Assembly (NCBI GenBank): GCA_039177115.1
Contig: JBCDFZ010000011.1
Coordinates: forward strand, 42,386-106,385
Reading direction: 5' to 3'
Length of the DNA: 64,000 nucleotides
DNA from: Myxococcota bacterium
Lineage (GTDB): Bacteria > Myxococcota_A > Polyangia > Polyangiales > Houyiibacteriaceae
The position numbers and the translations under genes are program-made. Positions 44,296-54,111 of this stretch are shown piece by piece (position 1 is the first letter of the stretch; each line of letters starts with the position of its first letter). The notes beneath the pieces were generated by a model. It worked only from the letters and a program-made list of their open reading frames with translations, made no database searches and was not told the origin of the DNA.

Positions 44296-45473
44296 GTCCA
44301 TCCTGGATCATCGTCGGTGGAGGGATTCACGGGGTACACCTCGCTGCCCGTCTCATCGGCGAGGGAGGGTGTCACGCGGAGGAGATCCAGATTTTGGACC
44401 CTGCCGACGCGCTGCTCGAGCGCTGGCGTGCCTGCACGGCGGCCACCGGGATGACGCACCTGCGCTCCCCCTCGGTTCACCACCTCGACCTCGAGGCGTG
44501 GTCGCTCCAACGATTCGCAGGAAAGCGAAGGAATCGAAGCCCGGGGCTCTTTGCGGCCCCGTACGAAAGGCCGGCGCTCGACCTGTTTGATGCGCACTGC
44601 GACCGGGTGATCGAAACCTACGGCCTCGACGCGCTGCATGTTCGCGGACGAGCCGCAGCGTGCCAGGTGGACTGCGAAAGCGTTACCGTCGCGACCGACG
44701 ACGGGCAGGTCCTAGAGGCTGGCCAGGTCGTATTCGCGGTAGGCGTCGGCGACCAGCCGCAGTGGCCCGATTGGGTTCCCTCGGACGACTCACGCGTCGA
44801 GCACATTTTTGCGCGAGACTTCTCCTTCCCTGCGCCGGAGCCGGCGCAACGAATCGCGGTGGTAGGGGGCGGAATCTCGGCTGCTCAGGTTGGGCTTCGG
44901 CTCGCTGGAGCCGGGCACAGCGTCCATTTGATCTCTCGGCACCCGGTTCGCGAGCACCAGTTCGACTCCGACCCGGGCTGGCTCGGTCCCAAGTTCATGG
45001 ACCGGTTTGCCCGAGAGCCGTCCTTCGCGAAACGACGCACGACGATCACCGAGGCGAGACATCGCGGCTCGGTGCCACCCGATGTGCGGCATTCCCTTCG
45101 CTGTGCGGTGGAGGCGGGTCGCATTGCCTGGCACGAGGCCGACGTCCGAGATCTGGTGCACGAGCAAGGGTTGCGCCGTCTGGTACTCTCGACTGGACGT
45201 GAGGTCGAAGTGGCCCACGTGCTCTTGGCCACCGGTTTCGCCTCGGGGCGACCGGGGGGTACCCTGGTCGACGACCTGATTGAGAGCGCAGCTCTTCCCT
45301 GCGCCCAATGTGGATATCCGATCGTCGACAAGGCCCTTCGTTGGCACCCTCGAGTGTTCGTCTCGGGCGCGCTCGCTGAACTCGAGCTTGGGCCCAGTGC
45401 GAGAAACATCGCCGGAGCGAGGCGCGCCGGCGATCGTATCGTTCCGGCGGCGCGCTCGGTCGCAGCACGGTAG
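44292..45473 (+). CDS. FAD/NAD(P)-binding oxidoreductase (two dinucleotide folds)
   Basis: GTGA overlap with the MerC-like stop. WIIVGGGIHGVHLA and RIAVVGGGISAAQVG. Confidence 0.7.
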   Translation: MSPSWIIVGGGIHGVHLAARLIGEGGCHAEEIQILDPADALLERWRACTAATGMTHLRSPSVHHLDLEAWSLQRFAGKRRNRSPGLFAAPYERPALDLFDAHCDRVIETYGLDALHVRGRAAACQVDCESVTVATDDGQVLEAGQVVFAVGVGDQPQWPDWVPSDDSRVEHIFARDFSFPAPEPAQRIAVVGGGISAAQVGLRLAGAGHSVHLISRHPVREHQFDSDPGWLGPKFMDRFAREPSFAKRRTTITEARHRGSVPPDVRHSLRCAVEAGRIAWHEADVRDLVHEQGLRRLVLSTGREVEVAHVLLATGFASGRPGGTLVDDLIESAALPCAQCGYPIVDKALRWHPRVFVSGALAELELGPSARNIAGARRAGDRIVPAARSVAAR

Positions 45474-45701
45474 CGTTGAGATCCCAGCCAGGTGCTCGGT
45501 ATCCGTTCTAGCTTGCACCCGCGGTCTGTGACGTTGCACACGTTGGCGACGCACATCTCCCGTGGCGCGGACCGGCAGACTTCGCTCTTGCACCTGCAAA
45601 CTCGGGTCCGTATGGTGGGCGACGGTGGAACAACTGACGCGAGACGAGGCGAGAGAGCGGATTCGTGACGCTTGGCTGCGCGCGACCACAGCTGTAGAGC
45701 G

Positions 45702-46679
45702 ATGCATGAGAAAGAGCTAGAGCCCTGGCAGCACACCCACCTGTTTGGGGGGACCGAGGTGCATACGGGCGAACGGCGTACGCGCTGGGTGATTGCGCTG
45801 ACGCTCACGATGATGGTCGCCGAGCTCTACGCGGGTTTCGCCTACAACTCGATGGCTCTGCTCGCCGACGGTTGGCATATGGCGAGCCATGCTGCGGCTC
45901 TCCTCGTTGCAGCCTTCGCCTATGCGTTCGCACGCCGAAACGCGGGCAACCCTCGCTTCAGCTTTGGGACCGGCAAAGTTGGGGCGCTTGGCGGCTTCGC
46001 AAGCGGCGTGGGCCTCGCCATTGGGGCGATTTTGGTGTTCGTCGAGAGTGTCGAGCGGCTGCTCTCACCGGTGGAGATTCATTTCGACGAGGCGCTGCTA
46101 GTCGCAGGCATCGGTCTGGTGGTGAACCTGGTGAGCGCGGCGCTTCTTCATGACGACGGGCACCATCACCACGGCGCCGAGCACCACCACGACCACAACC
46201 TCCGCGGCGCCTACCTCCACGTGCTCGCGGACGCCCTGACGTCGCTTTTCGCCATCGGCGCGCTGCTCGCCGGAAAGTACTTCGGCTTGTCTTGGATGGA
46301 CGGGGCGACCGGGATGCTCGCCTCGTTGGTCGTGGCGCGGTGGTCCGTCGGGCTCCTCAGAGACACGGGCGCCGTGCTGCTCGACGCGGAGGTTTCGCCC
46401 GAACGAAGGCAGCAAGTGATCGAGGCCATCGAAGCCGAGGCGGACAACCGTGTGTGCGATCTTCACGTTTGGCGGGTCGGCCCGAAGCACTTCAGCGCAA
46501 TCGTGTCGATCGTGACGCATGAGCCCCGACCGCCAGAGCACTACAAGCAGCTCCTCCACGGCTTCTCGGACCTGGCTCACGTCACCGTCGAGGTGCACCG
46601 CTGTGGGGAGATGCCTCGGCACGGGAGCACACGCGTGTCCAAGAATCACTCGGTCGACAACGTTCACGGCGCCGCGTGA
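45702..46679 (+). CDS. cation diffusion facilitator (CDF) metal exporter with His-rich loop
   Basis: LLADGWHMASHAAAL, HVLADALTSL and the loop HDDGHHHHGAEHHHDHN. C-terminal dimerisation domain. Confidence 0.85.
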   Translation: MHEKELEPWQHTHLFGGTEVHTGERRTRWVIALTLTMMVAELYAGFAYNSMALLADGWHMASHAAALLVAAFAYAFARRNAGNPRFSFGTGKVGALGGFASGVGLAIGAILVFVESVERLLSPVEIHFDEALLVAGIGLVVNLVSAALLHDDGHHHHGAEHHHDHNLRGAYLHVLADALTSLFAIGALLAGKYFGLSWMDGATGMLASLVVARWSVGLLRDTGAVLLDAEVSPERRQQVIEAIEAEADNRVCDLHVWRVGPKHFSAIVSIVTHEPRPPEHYKQLLHGFSDLAHVTVEVHRCGEMPRHGSTRVSKNHSVDNVHGAA

Positions 46680-46766
46680 TCGGCCTGGACCGAACGGTTC
46701 AGGTCGAAAGCGCTTGACACCGCGTTGGTTCATAGGACGAACATGGCGCGCTGAGGAGAAGTAGCG

Positions 46767-49700
46767 ATGCGGTTCATCTTGATGATTGGCTTAGTTTTGT
46801 TGCTCGGTGCCCAAGGTTGCGGTGACGACTCGGGCACGACTGGGGGAACAGGCGGAGGTGGCACGGGCGGCGACGCCGCGGGCGGAACCGGCGGCGGAGG
46901 CGCAGGGGGCGACGGAGGGAGCTTCGATCCCTTCGGTGACTACGGCGTGTTCCTGAGCCTAGTCCCGCCCGGCTCAGCGGACGTAAACGGCGCCGTCGCC
47001 GACGATCCGAACTCCACGAACCAGTTGAGCATGTACGAGAACCTGGTGTTCAGCGACAGCTACCCCACGCCAGGGCAGCTGAGCGAGGACGACCTCGTTC
47101 CTGACTACTTCAAAGACGAAGCGCTGCTGCCGGAGAGTTCGTTCGATTCTCCGCGAACCGTTTCGGACGGAATGCTCACTGCACGAATCGGGCGGGACGA
47201 GTTTGGCGTGCCGCACGTTTTCGGCGACACGCGGCAGGACGTGTACTTCGGCACAGGGTACGCCACGGGTGAAGATCGCATGTTCCTCATCGACGTGGTT
47301 CGCCACATCGGCCGAGGGCGCATGTCGGACTTCATCGGCCCGTCGGCGGGCAACTACGGGTTCGATCGCAACCTTGGACGTTTCGGGGGGTACGACGAGC
47401 AGGAGCTACAGGCCCAGATCGACCAGCTCGCGGACCGCCTCGGCGTAGACGGCGAGCAGGCCACCGAGGACGTCATGGCGTACGTCGCGGGCATCAATCA
47501 GTACATTAGCGACATTCAAAGCGGTGCCCCAGGAGCCGAGGCGATCCCTGTCGAATATGCTCTCCTCGACGTCGAGCTGCTCCCGTTCACGGCGCGCGAC
47601 GTGATCTCGACCGTTACGCTGGTCTTTTCGCAGTTCGCCGTCGGCGGCGGGCGTGAAGATCAACAGTCACGGCTCATCACGGGCCTCGCCGACCTCTACC
47701 CAGGCGAGAGCGGTACAGCCTGTGGCCTCTGGCGTGACACTCGGCAGGCGGATGATCCGGAGAGGCCGAATACCACCGAGGTCGTTTTTGCGACCCAGTC
47801 GCCGCCGACCATCGACGAGGATGCGTGTCCACTCGCGGACGGCTTTGCCGACGAGTATCCGGGTGCCGTTCTGCTCGATGCAGGGAGCCAGGAGAACTTC
47901 GAGCTTCTCTTGATCGAAGACTGCGTCGCGCCAGAGATGGCGACCGGCGATGACGTCGAGTGCCCGAACTATCGCGAAGACGTCGTCGACGACGCGGTGG
48001 TGATGGCAAACGCGGCAGTGCCGGCTGGCGTCCTACAGGCGGCGTCGCTCAGCGCTCCCCGTGACTACGGCTCGACGGTGCTGACCTGTTCCGTCGACGC
48101 CCAAGAGCTCGAACGTGTCCGGGAGCACGCTCTCCAGCGCGTCGAAGGCATTGCGCTCGCTTTGGCTGAGGGCACCTTCCCGACCGCGATGTCGAACGCG
48201 ATCGTTGCCGCGGGGAGCGAAACGGAGTCGGGCTTTCCGATTGCCGTCTTCGGCCCACAAACCGGCTACACCGCTCCCCAGCTCCTGATGGAGCTCGCGC
48301 AGCACGGTGCGGGCGTTCACAACCGCGGGGTAACCTTCGCGGGTCTGCCGTACCCCATCATCGGACGCGGCGTCGATTTCGCGTTCAGCGCGACATCGGC
48401 GGGCAACGACATCATCGACGTCCGGGTGCTGAGGCTCTGCGAGCCCGACGACTCGGAACCCACCCGCGACTCGAGGCACTACCTCTACCAAGGCGAGTGT
48501 ACCCCTATGCTGGTTCGCACCGACGAATGGACGGCGGAAACCAACATCACGACGCCCGGGCCCGATCAGAAGGTGACGCGAAACATCGTTCGCGCAGACG
48601 ACTACGGGCCGGTGTTCGCGACGGCCACGGTCGACGGTGAGCCGGTCGCGCTCGCGATTCAGCGAACGACGTTCTTCGGCGAGGCCGACTCCGTCGGAGC
48701 GTTCGTCAAGGTGAGCCGAAACGAGGCAACCGACCCCGAGAGCTTCTTCGAGGTCTTCAACGAGATCACGGGCACGTTCAACTGGTTCTACCTCGATGCG
48801 GGCAACATCGCGTACTTCAACTCGGCGCTCTTACCGACCCGTGCCGCTGGCATTCACCCGGACCTCCCTCAGTGGGGCACAGGCGAGTTCGACTGGGCAC
48901 AAACCGGGACGGGCCGGGCCAACCCGGACTTCGCGTGGGACAACTTCCTCGCGTTTGACGCCCATCCGCGTGAGGCCAACCCCGCCTCGAACTACTTCAT
49001 CAACTGGAACAACGCGCAGGCGCCTGGGTTCTGGGCGTCGGACGGACAAACTTCCTACGGAGTCATCTATCGATCCGACATGCTGGAGACCCGCCTGGTC
49101 GCCCATCGCGCGCAGGACGGGAACCCCGGGCACGATCGAGCAAGCATGGTCGATGCGATGATGGACGCGGGGACGACCGATCTTCGCGCCGAGCAGGTGC
49201 TGCCAAAGGTGTTTGCCGTGCTCGACGACGTGAGCGACCTGACGGCCTTCGAGCAGGAGGTCATTCAGCTGATGAAAGACTGGGTTGAGAACGGGCCAAA
49301 CGACCTCGGGGCGATGCGACGCGATCGCGACGGGCCTCCACTGAATCCCGCGGGCCTCGAGTACGAAGACCGCGATGCCGTGGCCTTCATGGATGCATGG
49401 TGGGACCCCATGATTGATGCCGTGCTCCCACAGCTCACCGAGATGGAGGACGCGGGCATTGCGACCGGCGGACGCCATAATGCCCCTGGCGCCAACGGGT
49501 CGGCTTTCCAAGGCGGATACTACAGCTACATGCGTCGCGTGCTCGACATGGCCCTCGGCGAGACCACCGCGCCGTATCGGGAGCTCCAGTGCGCGGGTAC
49601 CGGAGAACTCGCCGACTGCCGCGCCGCGCTGGTCACGAGCATTCAAGACACAATCGCGGCTCTCGGCACCGACATGGATGCCTGGGACCCCACGCTCGAG

Positions 49701-49817
49701 GCGGACGATGCCATCAGCCACACGGCGTTCGGCCTGTCGGGCCCTGCCGACATTCACTGGCAAAACCGGCCGACCTGGCAACAGGTGATCGAACCTCAGG
49801 TCGACGTGTTGGAGTAG
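46767..49817 (+). CDS. penicillin-acylase-family Ntn hydrolase lipoprotein
   Basis: Lipobox LLGAQGC followed by a Gly-rich linker. FPTAMSNAIVAAGSETESGFPIAVFGPQTGY (the SNA nucleophile context). Confidence 0.8.
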   Translation: MRFILMIGLVLLLGAQGCGDDSGTTGGTGGGGTGGDAAGGTGGGGAGGDGGSFDPFGDYGVFLSLVPPGSADVNGAVADDPNSTNQLSMYENLVFSDSYPTPGQLSEDDLVPDYFKDEALLPESSFDSPRTVSDGMLTARIGRDEFGVPHVFGDTRQDVYFGTGYATGEDRMFLIDVVRHIGRGRMSDFIGPSAGNYGFDRNLGRFGGYDEQELQAQIDQLADRLGVDGEQATEDVMAYVAGINQYISDIQSGAPGAEAIPVEYALLDVELLPFTARDVISTVTLVFSQFAVGGGREDQQSRLITGLADLYPGESGTACGLWRDTRQADDPERPNTTEVVFATQSPPTIDEDACPLADGFADEYPGAVLLDAGSQENFELLLIEDCVAPEMATGDDVECPNYREDVVDDAVVMANAAVPAGVLQAASLSAPRDYGSTVLTCSVDAQELERVREHALQRVEGIALALAEGTFPTAMSNAIVAAGSETESGFPIAVFGPQTGYTAPQLLMELAQHGAGVHNRGVTFAGLPYPIIGRGVDFAFSATSAGNDIIDVRVLRLCEPDDSEPTRDSRHYLYQGECTPMLVRTDEWTAETNITTPGPDQKVTRNIVRADDYGPVFATATVDGEPVALAIQRTTFFGEADSVGAFVKVSRNEATDPESFFEVFNEITGTFNWFYLDAGNIAYFNSALLPTRAAGIHPDLPQWGTGEFDWAQTGTGRANPDFAWDNFLAFDAHPREANPASNYFINWNNAQAPGFWASDGQTSYGVIYRSDMLETRLVAHRAQDGNPGHDRASMVDAMMDAGTTDLRAEQVLPKVFAVLDDVSDLTAFEQEVIQLMKDWVENGPNDLGAMRRDRDGPPLNPAGLEYEDRDAVAFMDAWWDPMIDAVLPQLTEMEDAGIATGGRHNAPGANGSAFQGGYYSYMRRVLDMALGETTAPYRELQCAGTGELADCRAALVTSIQDTIAALGTDMDAWDPTLEADDAISHTAFGLSGPADIHWQNRPTWQQVIEPQVDVLE

Positions 49818-49906
49818 CGGCTCGCGGGCTGCCCCGCCTACTAGGCCTGCCCGACGAACGCCGGGTTCTTCGTGCTTCCGGTGAGCTTGGGTATCCTCTC
49901 CCAACA

Positions 49907-50500
49907 GTGCGTCGTCCAATCCTTGCAGTCTTGGTGGTCGCCGCCGTCCATGGTGGCCTGGCACCCACGCCGTCCGCGCGTGCGGATGCGTCGGATTCCC
50001 ACGTGGACCTCATCTTTCGGGTTGCGCCTGGCGGGATTCGCTTCGACATCAGCGGAGACGATGAACGGCTCGACGCCGACCCCTCCTTGGGAGGCGAGCT
50101 CCGGTTCGACATCCCGGTCGCCAAACGGATCTCGCTCGGGCCGGCGTTCAGCGTCTACACCGTGCGACCCAAGAACTCGGGAATCAAGCGTCAGCCGGTC
50201 TTCGACATCGATCCGTTTCTGAAGATTCGCGGCGTGCGAGGACGTCGAAAGAGGGTGGAGCTCTACGGGCTCGTTCACGGCGGGGTTTCCTTGGTGTTTC
50301 TACGCGAGGCGTATCGAGGGCCCGGAGACGACAAGTTCACCGCCGGTTGGAACATCGGCTTCATGCCCGGGGCCCGGCTCATCATGGGCCGCCGGTTCGG
50401 CCTGATTTTCGAGTTCGGATACATGCGAACCCAGTGGAAAACCAACTCGACGAGGCTGGCCTTCAACCAGGGCGTCTTTCGGGTCGGGCTTTCGTTTTAG
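49907..50500 (+). CDS. small outer-membrane beta-barrel protein (tentative)
   Basis: Signal peptide VRRPILAVLVVAAVHGG...ARA, alternating hydrophobic strands, and a C-terminal ...FRVGLSF. Confidence 0.5.
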   Translation: MRRPILAVLVVAAVHGGLAPTPSARADASDSHVDLIFRVAPGGIRFDISGDDERLDADPSLGGELRFDIPVAKRISLGPAFSVYTVRPKNSGIKRQPVFDIDPFLKIRGVRGRRKRVELYGLVHGGVSLVFLREAYRGPGDDKFTAGWNIGFMPGARLIMGRRFGLIFEFGYMRTQWKTNSTRLAFNQGVFRVGLSF

Positions 50501-50504
50501 AGGT

Positions 50505-51611
50505 TCAGTCGAGCGCCGCCATGGCGTCGATTTCCACGACAGACGCGAATAGCCGCGAAGCAATCGCGTGAAACAGCGCGTCGGAGCGTGTGCCCGGCTC
50601 CGGCGGGTCGGCGCAGAAATGTACGGGAATCGCAAGAACGGCAAGAGCGCCAAGCCGGAAGTCGAGGAGGGCATCGGCCCGGGTGTAGTCGTGCACCCCG
50701 GAGGCGACCAGCTCGTCGTGCCAGGCCCGGATCACCTCGAGCTGGTGCCCCTGACGCTCCCGCGTGGGCTCGCTTCCGCCGAGGAGCCGAGCCACGTCGT
50801 AGGCGCCGACGCTGCGGACGGCCACTGCCCAGTCGAAGATGATGGGCTCCTCTCCGTCGGGTCCATCGACGAACGCCATGTTGTCCGCGCGGAGGTCTTG
50901 GTGGACCAGCGTCTTTGGCCGCGACTCGATGCGGGACGCCACCTCCGGCATTTGGCTGCACAGCGCGTCTCCCACTCGACGACCTTCGTTGGACAGCTCC
51001 TTTCGATAAACATCGAGGAAATGCGGCCACTTGTCGGCGAAATCGAGATCGAAATGATCTTTGAACGGCATCCAGCTCAGCTGGTTGAGGGCCTCGTTGT
51101 CCCAGTATTGGCCCTGGAGGCGGGCGATCGCCCGAGCCCCGGCAATCACCTGGTCGGTGTGGATCCCCGCAACTTGATCGCCGAGGCGCGCAAAGCTCAG
51201 GTCCTCCATGACCAGCGCGATACGCTCCCCTGCCTCGGGGGTCGCGTAGACGCGCGGGACCCGGAGCGGCACGGTGGGCGCCACCTCTCGGTAGAACCGA
51301 ACCTCGCGGGTAAAGGCGTGTAGCTCGCTCTCCGCTTCGGCGTACTCCGCGACGTCGGGCTGCAGTTTGACCACCACGGACGTGGGTGCGCCGGGCTCGG
51401 CTCTGTCGTAGGTCAGCTGGCAGCGCCCTACCGTGCTCAGAAAACCGGCTTCTTCGCCGACGTGTTCGCGACTCACGGAGGTGACCGCGGCCCGGGCGAG
51501 GACCCCCTCGGCGCGAAGCACCGCCGTGAGCCACTCGGGTCCGATCTCCTCGACGTGAACAGGAAACGCCATGCCGCGCCTCGAGCGTAGAACGGCAGGC
51601 GGACCGCACAA
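50505..51611 (-). CDS. phosphotransferase (APH/choline-kinase-like) family protein
   Basis: Brenner motif LVHQDLRADNMAF and FDWAVA. An alternative start at 51572 gives MAFPVHV. Confidence 0.75.
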   Translation of the reverse strand: MCGPPAVLRSRRGMAFPVHVEEIGPEWLTAVLRAEGVLARAAVTSVSREHVGEEAGFLSTVGRCQLTYDRAEPGAPTSVVVKLQPDVAEYAEAESELHAFTREVRFYREVAPTVPLRVPRVYATPEAGERIALVMEDLSFARLGDQVAGIHTDQVIAGARAIARLQGQYWDNEALNQLSWMPFKDHFDLDFADKWPHFLDVYRKELSNEGRRVGDALCSQMPEVASRIESRPKTLVHQDLRADNMAFVDGPDGEEPIIFDWAVAVRSVGAYDVARLLGGSEPTRERQGHQLEVIRAWHDELVASGVHDYTRADALLDFRLGALAVLAIPVHFCADPPEPGTRSDALFHAIASRLFASVVEIDAMAALD

Positions 51612-51652
51612 GGGAAGAACCGGGCGCTCGCGAAGGGAGCTGCGGGCGAGAG

Positions 51653-53419
51653 GTGAAGCTGCGGAGGCTTGGCGGCTTGGCCCTTGATCTCGAGACTGGG
51701 TACCCTAGTGACGTGGGGGAGGCAACGGATTGCAACGGGGTGAGGTCGTCGCTGGTCGAGCTCTGCCTGGCCTCGCCCAAGCTGTTCGTGATTCCGGCCG
51801 AGCACCTCACGGCGTCAGGAATCACCTCCGCGTTCGCCAACCTCCTCGTCGGCCGACGAGGGGTCTCGGAGCTCTGGATCGGTCGCTTCAACACGGCGTT
51901 CGCCTGCTACTTCGAGCGGGCGTCGGAATTGGCCGACAAGGCGCCGGACTGCTGGCGTGCTCCTCGAGCGGCCAACGTTTGCATCGTTCAAAACCAGGAC
52001 GAGACGCGTCCGTACTACCTACCTTTCGTCAAGACGAGCTGGCTTCTTTACGAGAGTGACTTCGACGCCGAGCGATCGAACGTCGAGTTTGGCACCTATC
52101 AGTTCGCTCACGTCGAGCGCCTGGCGGCCACTGGCGATCCCGGGGTGACGTGGTTGCACAACCTCGGGTACTTCCTCGAGCGCACGCCCGAGGAGCGTTC
52201 CGCGTTCGCGCAAGGCTGTTCCGTTTCGACGCGTCCCGACGCGGAGGCCTTCCGCGCCCTCGGTGCGCTGATGCCAGAGCTCGACTCGTTCGCTCACGAT
52301 CAGCTCGGCAAGACGCGTTCGTCGAACGACCCCACGGCCCGAATTGCCTTTGCCGGCCTGGACGTTCCGGAAACCCACCAGGCGACCTGTCAAACGATCG
52401 CCAAGTCGTTCTTGGCGGAGGCCCACAACGCAACCTACCGGTACTTTCAGGGTCAGCAGTCGTCCTCCGGCCTCGACGTCGACGGTGTCCTCGCCTGGCT
52501 TGCCGATCACGCGCCGAAGCTCCTCGTGACCGATCAGTTTGGCGGGGCACTCTGGAACTCCGACGAGCCGGGCGACACGGCGAGTCTTCGCGCTGTGCTC
52601 GAGGGAGGAGCTCCTGCGGCGCTCGCGAGTCTGCGTGAGGATTGGACTGTCATCGACCGCCACTCGAAGGCGTTCCTGTCGGCGCTCGTCGACCCGAATA
52701 CACTCGTGTTTCCGGACGACGGCCTGGACCAGGGAGACGGGATCTTTCTGCACGCTGAGCATCGGAAGATCGCATACAGCCTCGTCCAGCCGGGCCTGCA
52801 AACCCTCGCCGAGGAGGCGCCTCCCTATCATCGACTGCTCGTCGGCGCGCGAACGGTTCACGAATGGGGTCACCTCGCAGCCGAAGCCGGGGTCGTCCAC
52901 GTGCCCGCCGAGCTCGAGGAGGCGCATGCGGAGCACCACCGGCGGCTAGTCGATGCGTTCGACGACCTGGTGGCAAACGCTCCCGAAGCGCTCCGGGCGA
53001 CCGCTGACCGTGAGGTGGGCCTTCTGATGGAGGACGGCTGCCACCTCGGAGACCTGCCCCTTCAGCGGGTGGGCGACTACCAAGCCAATCTCTTGGCGCG
53101 CGAGTTCCTTTCGGAGGCCGAGATGGAGACGTATGCCCGCGCGAACGTCCGCCCGCTAGTCGATGAAGAGGGCGTGGGTCCGTATCTGGCGCTCGCCCGT
53201 CACGCCTACGAGTACCAATACCTGCGGCTCACCGAGATGGCGAACCCTCTCGACTACTTTCTCGCCACAACCTGGTTCGCGGACACCTATTTCGAAGCTG
53301 GGATCGTGACCCTCTCGCAGACGCGACAGCTGTTCGACACGGTGTCGGCTCTCTTCGACTGCTACCGAATCGATACCGCGCAGATTCGTTTGCCTCGGGC
53401 CGGCGAACACGACTGGTGA
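51653..53419 (+). CDS. hypothetical protein with HExxH motif
   Basis: 588-aa ORF containing TVHEWGHLAAE. I recognised no other family. The start is uncertain. Confidence 0.5.
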   Translation: MKLRRLGGLALDLETGYPSDVGEATDCNGVRSSLVELCLASPKLFVIPAEHLTASGITSAFANLLVGRRGVSELWIGRFNTAFACYFERASELADKAPDCWRAPRAANVCIVQNQDETRPYYLPFVKTSWLLYESDFDAERSNVEFGTYQFAHVERLAATGDPGVTWLHNLGYFLERTPEERSAFAQGCSVSTRPDAEAFRALGALMPELDSFAHDQLGKTRSSNDPTARIAFAGLDVPETHQATCQTIAKSFLAEAHNATYRYFQGQQSSSGLDVDGVLAWLADHAPKLLVTDQFGGALWNSDEPGDTASLRAVLEGGAPAALASLREDWTVIDRHSKAFLSALVDPNTLVFPDDGLDQGDGIFLHAEHRKIAYSLVQPGLQTLAEEAPPYHRLLVGARTVHEWGHLAAEAGVVHVPAELEEAHAEHHRRLVDAFDDLVANAPEALRATADREVGLLMEDGCHLGDLPLQRVGDYQANLLAREFLSEAEMETYARANVRPLVDEEGVGPYLALARHAYEYQYLRLTEMANPLDYFLATTWFADTYFEAGIVTLSQTRQLFDTVSALFDCYRIDTAQIRLPRAGEHDW

Positions 53420-53549
53420 GGCCGCGCGAGCCCGACGCGCATCTAGTGCGCGAGCTGCCTGTCTGTCGTGGACAGCGTCAGTCGCGCAAATGCCGAACCG
53501 TCGCTTGCGACGACACGGCGGGCGGAGCAAGCATGTACACTGACGGCAA

Positions 53550-54098
53550 ATGAAACACCCAACGCTCCTACTTGCAGCACTCCTCGCGCTCGGCTGCGGC
53601 GATAGCAGCCCCACCACGGGCGCCGGGGGCTTGCAGAACCAGTGCGTCGCAGACCAGCTCGGGTTCGAACGGACGCTCCCAGACGGCAGTGAGTGCGGAA
53701 ACACGGGGTTCACCGACTGCGGTCTGGGGTTTGCGAGCGAGTGCATCGGCAGCTGCGCCAACGGCTTCTGCCAGCCCGAAGAGTGCGAGTCCGCGGAGGA
53801 CTGCGAGTCGTTCTTCCGGGCGCTTCCGGCGGGCGTGGGCTGGGAGTGCTCTACCCTCGAGATCAGTGACCGACCCTACGGCGACTGGTGTTCGATCGTG
53901 GAAGTCTGCGTGGAGGGCACGCTTGGGTGCCCGTGCGCTGCGGGCGACGTCTGCGGGCCCGACCCCTTCGGCACGGGAAACCTCTCGTGTGAAGAAGGTC
54001 GCTGCAACTCGTCGTGCCCATCGGCGTGCATCGTGGGGTCGGTGTGCTGCGGTGGGTCTTTCTGCGGTGGAGACTGCGTCGGCACACCCTGCTGCTGA
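53550..54098 (+). CDS. Cys-rich secreted lipoprotein
   Basis: Lipobox LLALGC. 25 Cys in 182 aa, ending ...CCGGSFCGGDCVGTPCC. Confidence 0.6.
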   Translation: MKHPTLLLAALLALGCGDSSPTTGAGGLQNQCVADQLGFERTLPDGSECGNTGFTDCGLGFASECIGSCANGFCQPEECESAEDCESFFRALPAGVGWECSTLEISDRPYGDWCSIVEVCVEGTLGCPCAAGDVCGPDPFGTGNLSCEEGRCNSSCPSACIVGSVCCGGSFCGGDCVGTPCC

Positions 54099-54111
54099 GT
54101 CGCCCGCCGGG

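Noticed and set aside
43777-44301. N-terminal extension of the SDR ORF (His/Arg/Glu-rich)
   Set aside because: It overlaps the MerC-like gene and operator site g. The Rossmann motif begins just after the proposed GTG at 43776.
45588-45599. TTGCAccTGCAA upstream of the CDF gene as an eighth regulon locus
   Set aside because: The half-sites are in the opposite orientation with 2-bp spacing, not TGCAA-N5-TTGCA. I kept it as a low-interest note rather than counting it in the regulon.
46840-46925. GGC/GGA-rich repetitive DNA that might look like a tandem repeat
   Set aside because: It is in frame and encodes the Gly-rich linker after the lipobox of the acylase. It has no regular unit length or spacer structure, so it is not a CRISPR array or a VNTR I can define.
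50497-51894. 465-aa Arg-rich minus-strand ORF in another frame over the phosphotransferase gene
   Set aside because: Its composition (runs of R, G and P) is non-protein-like. The alternative frame carries the kinase Brenner motif.
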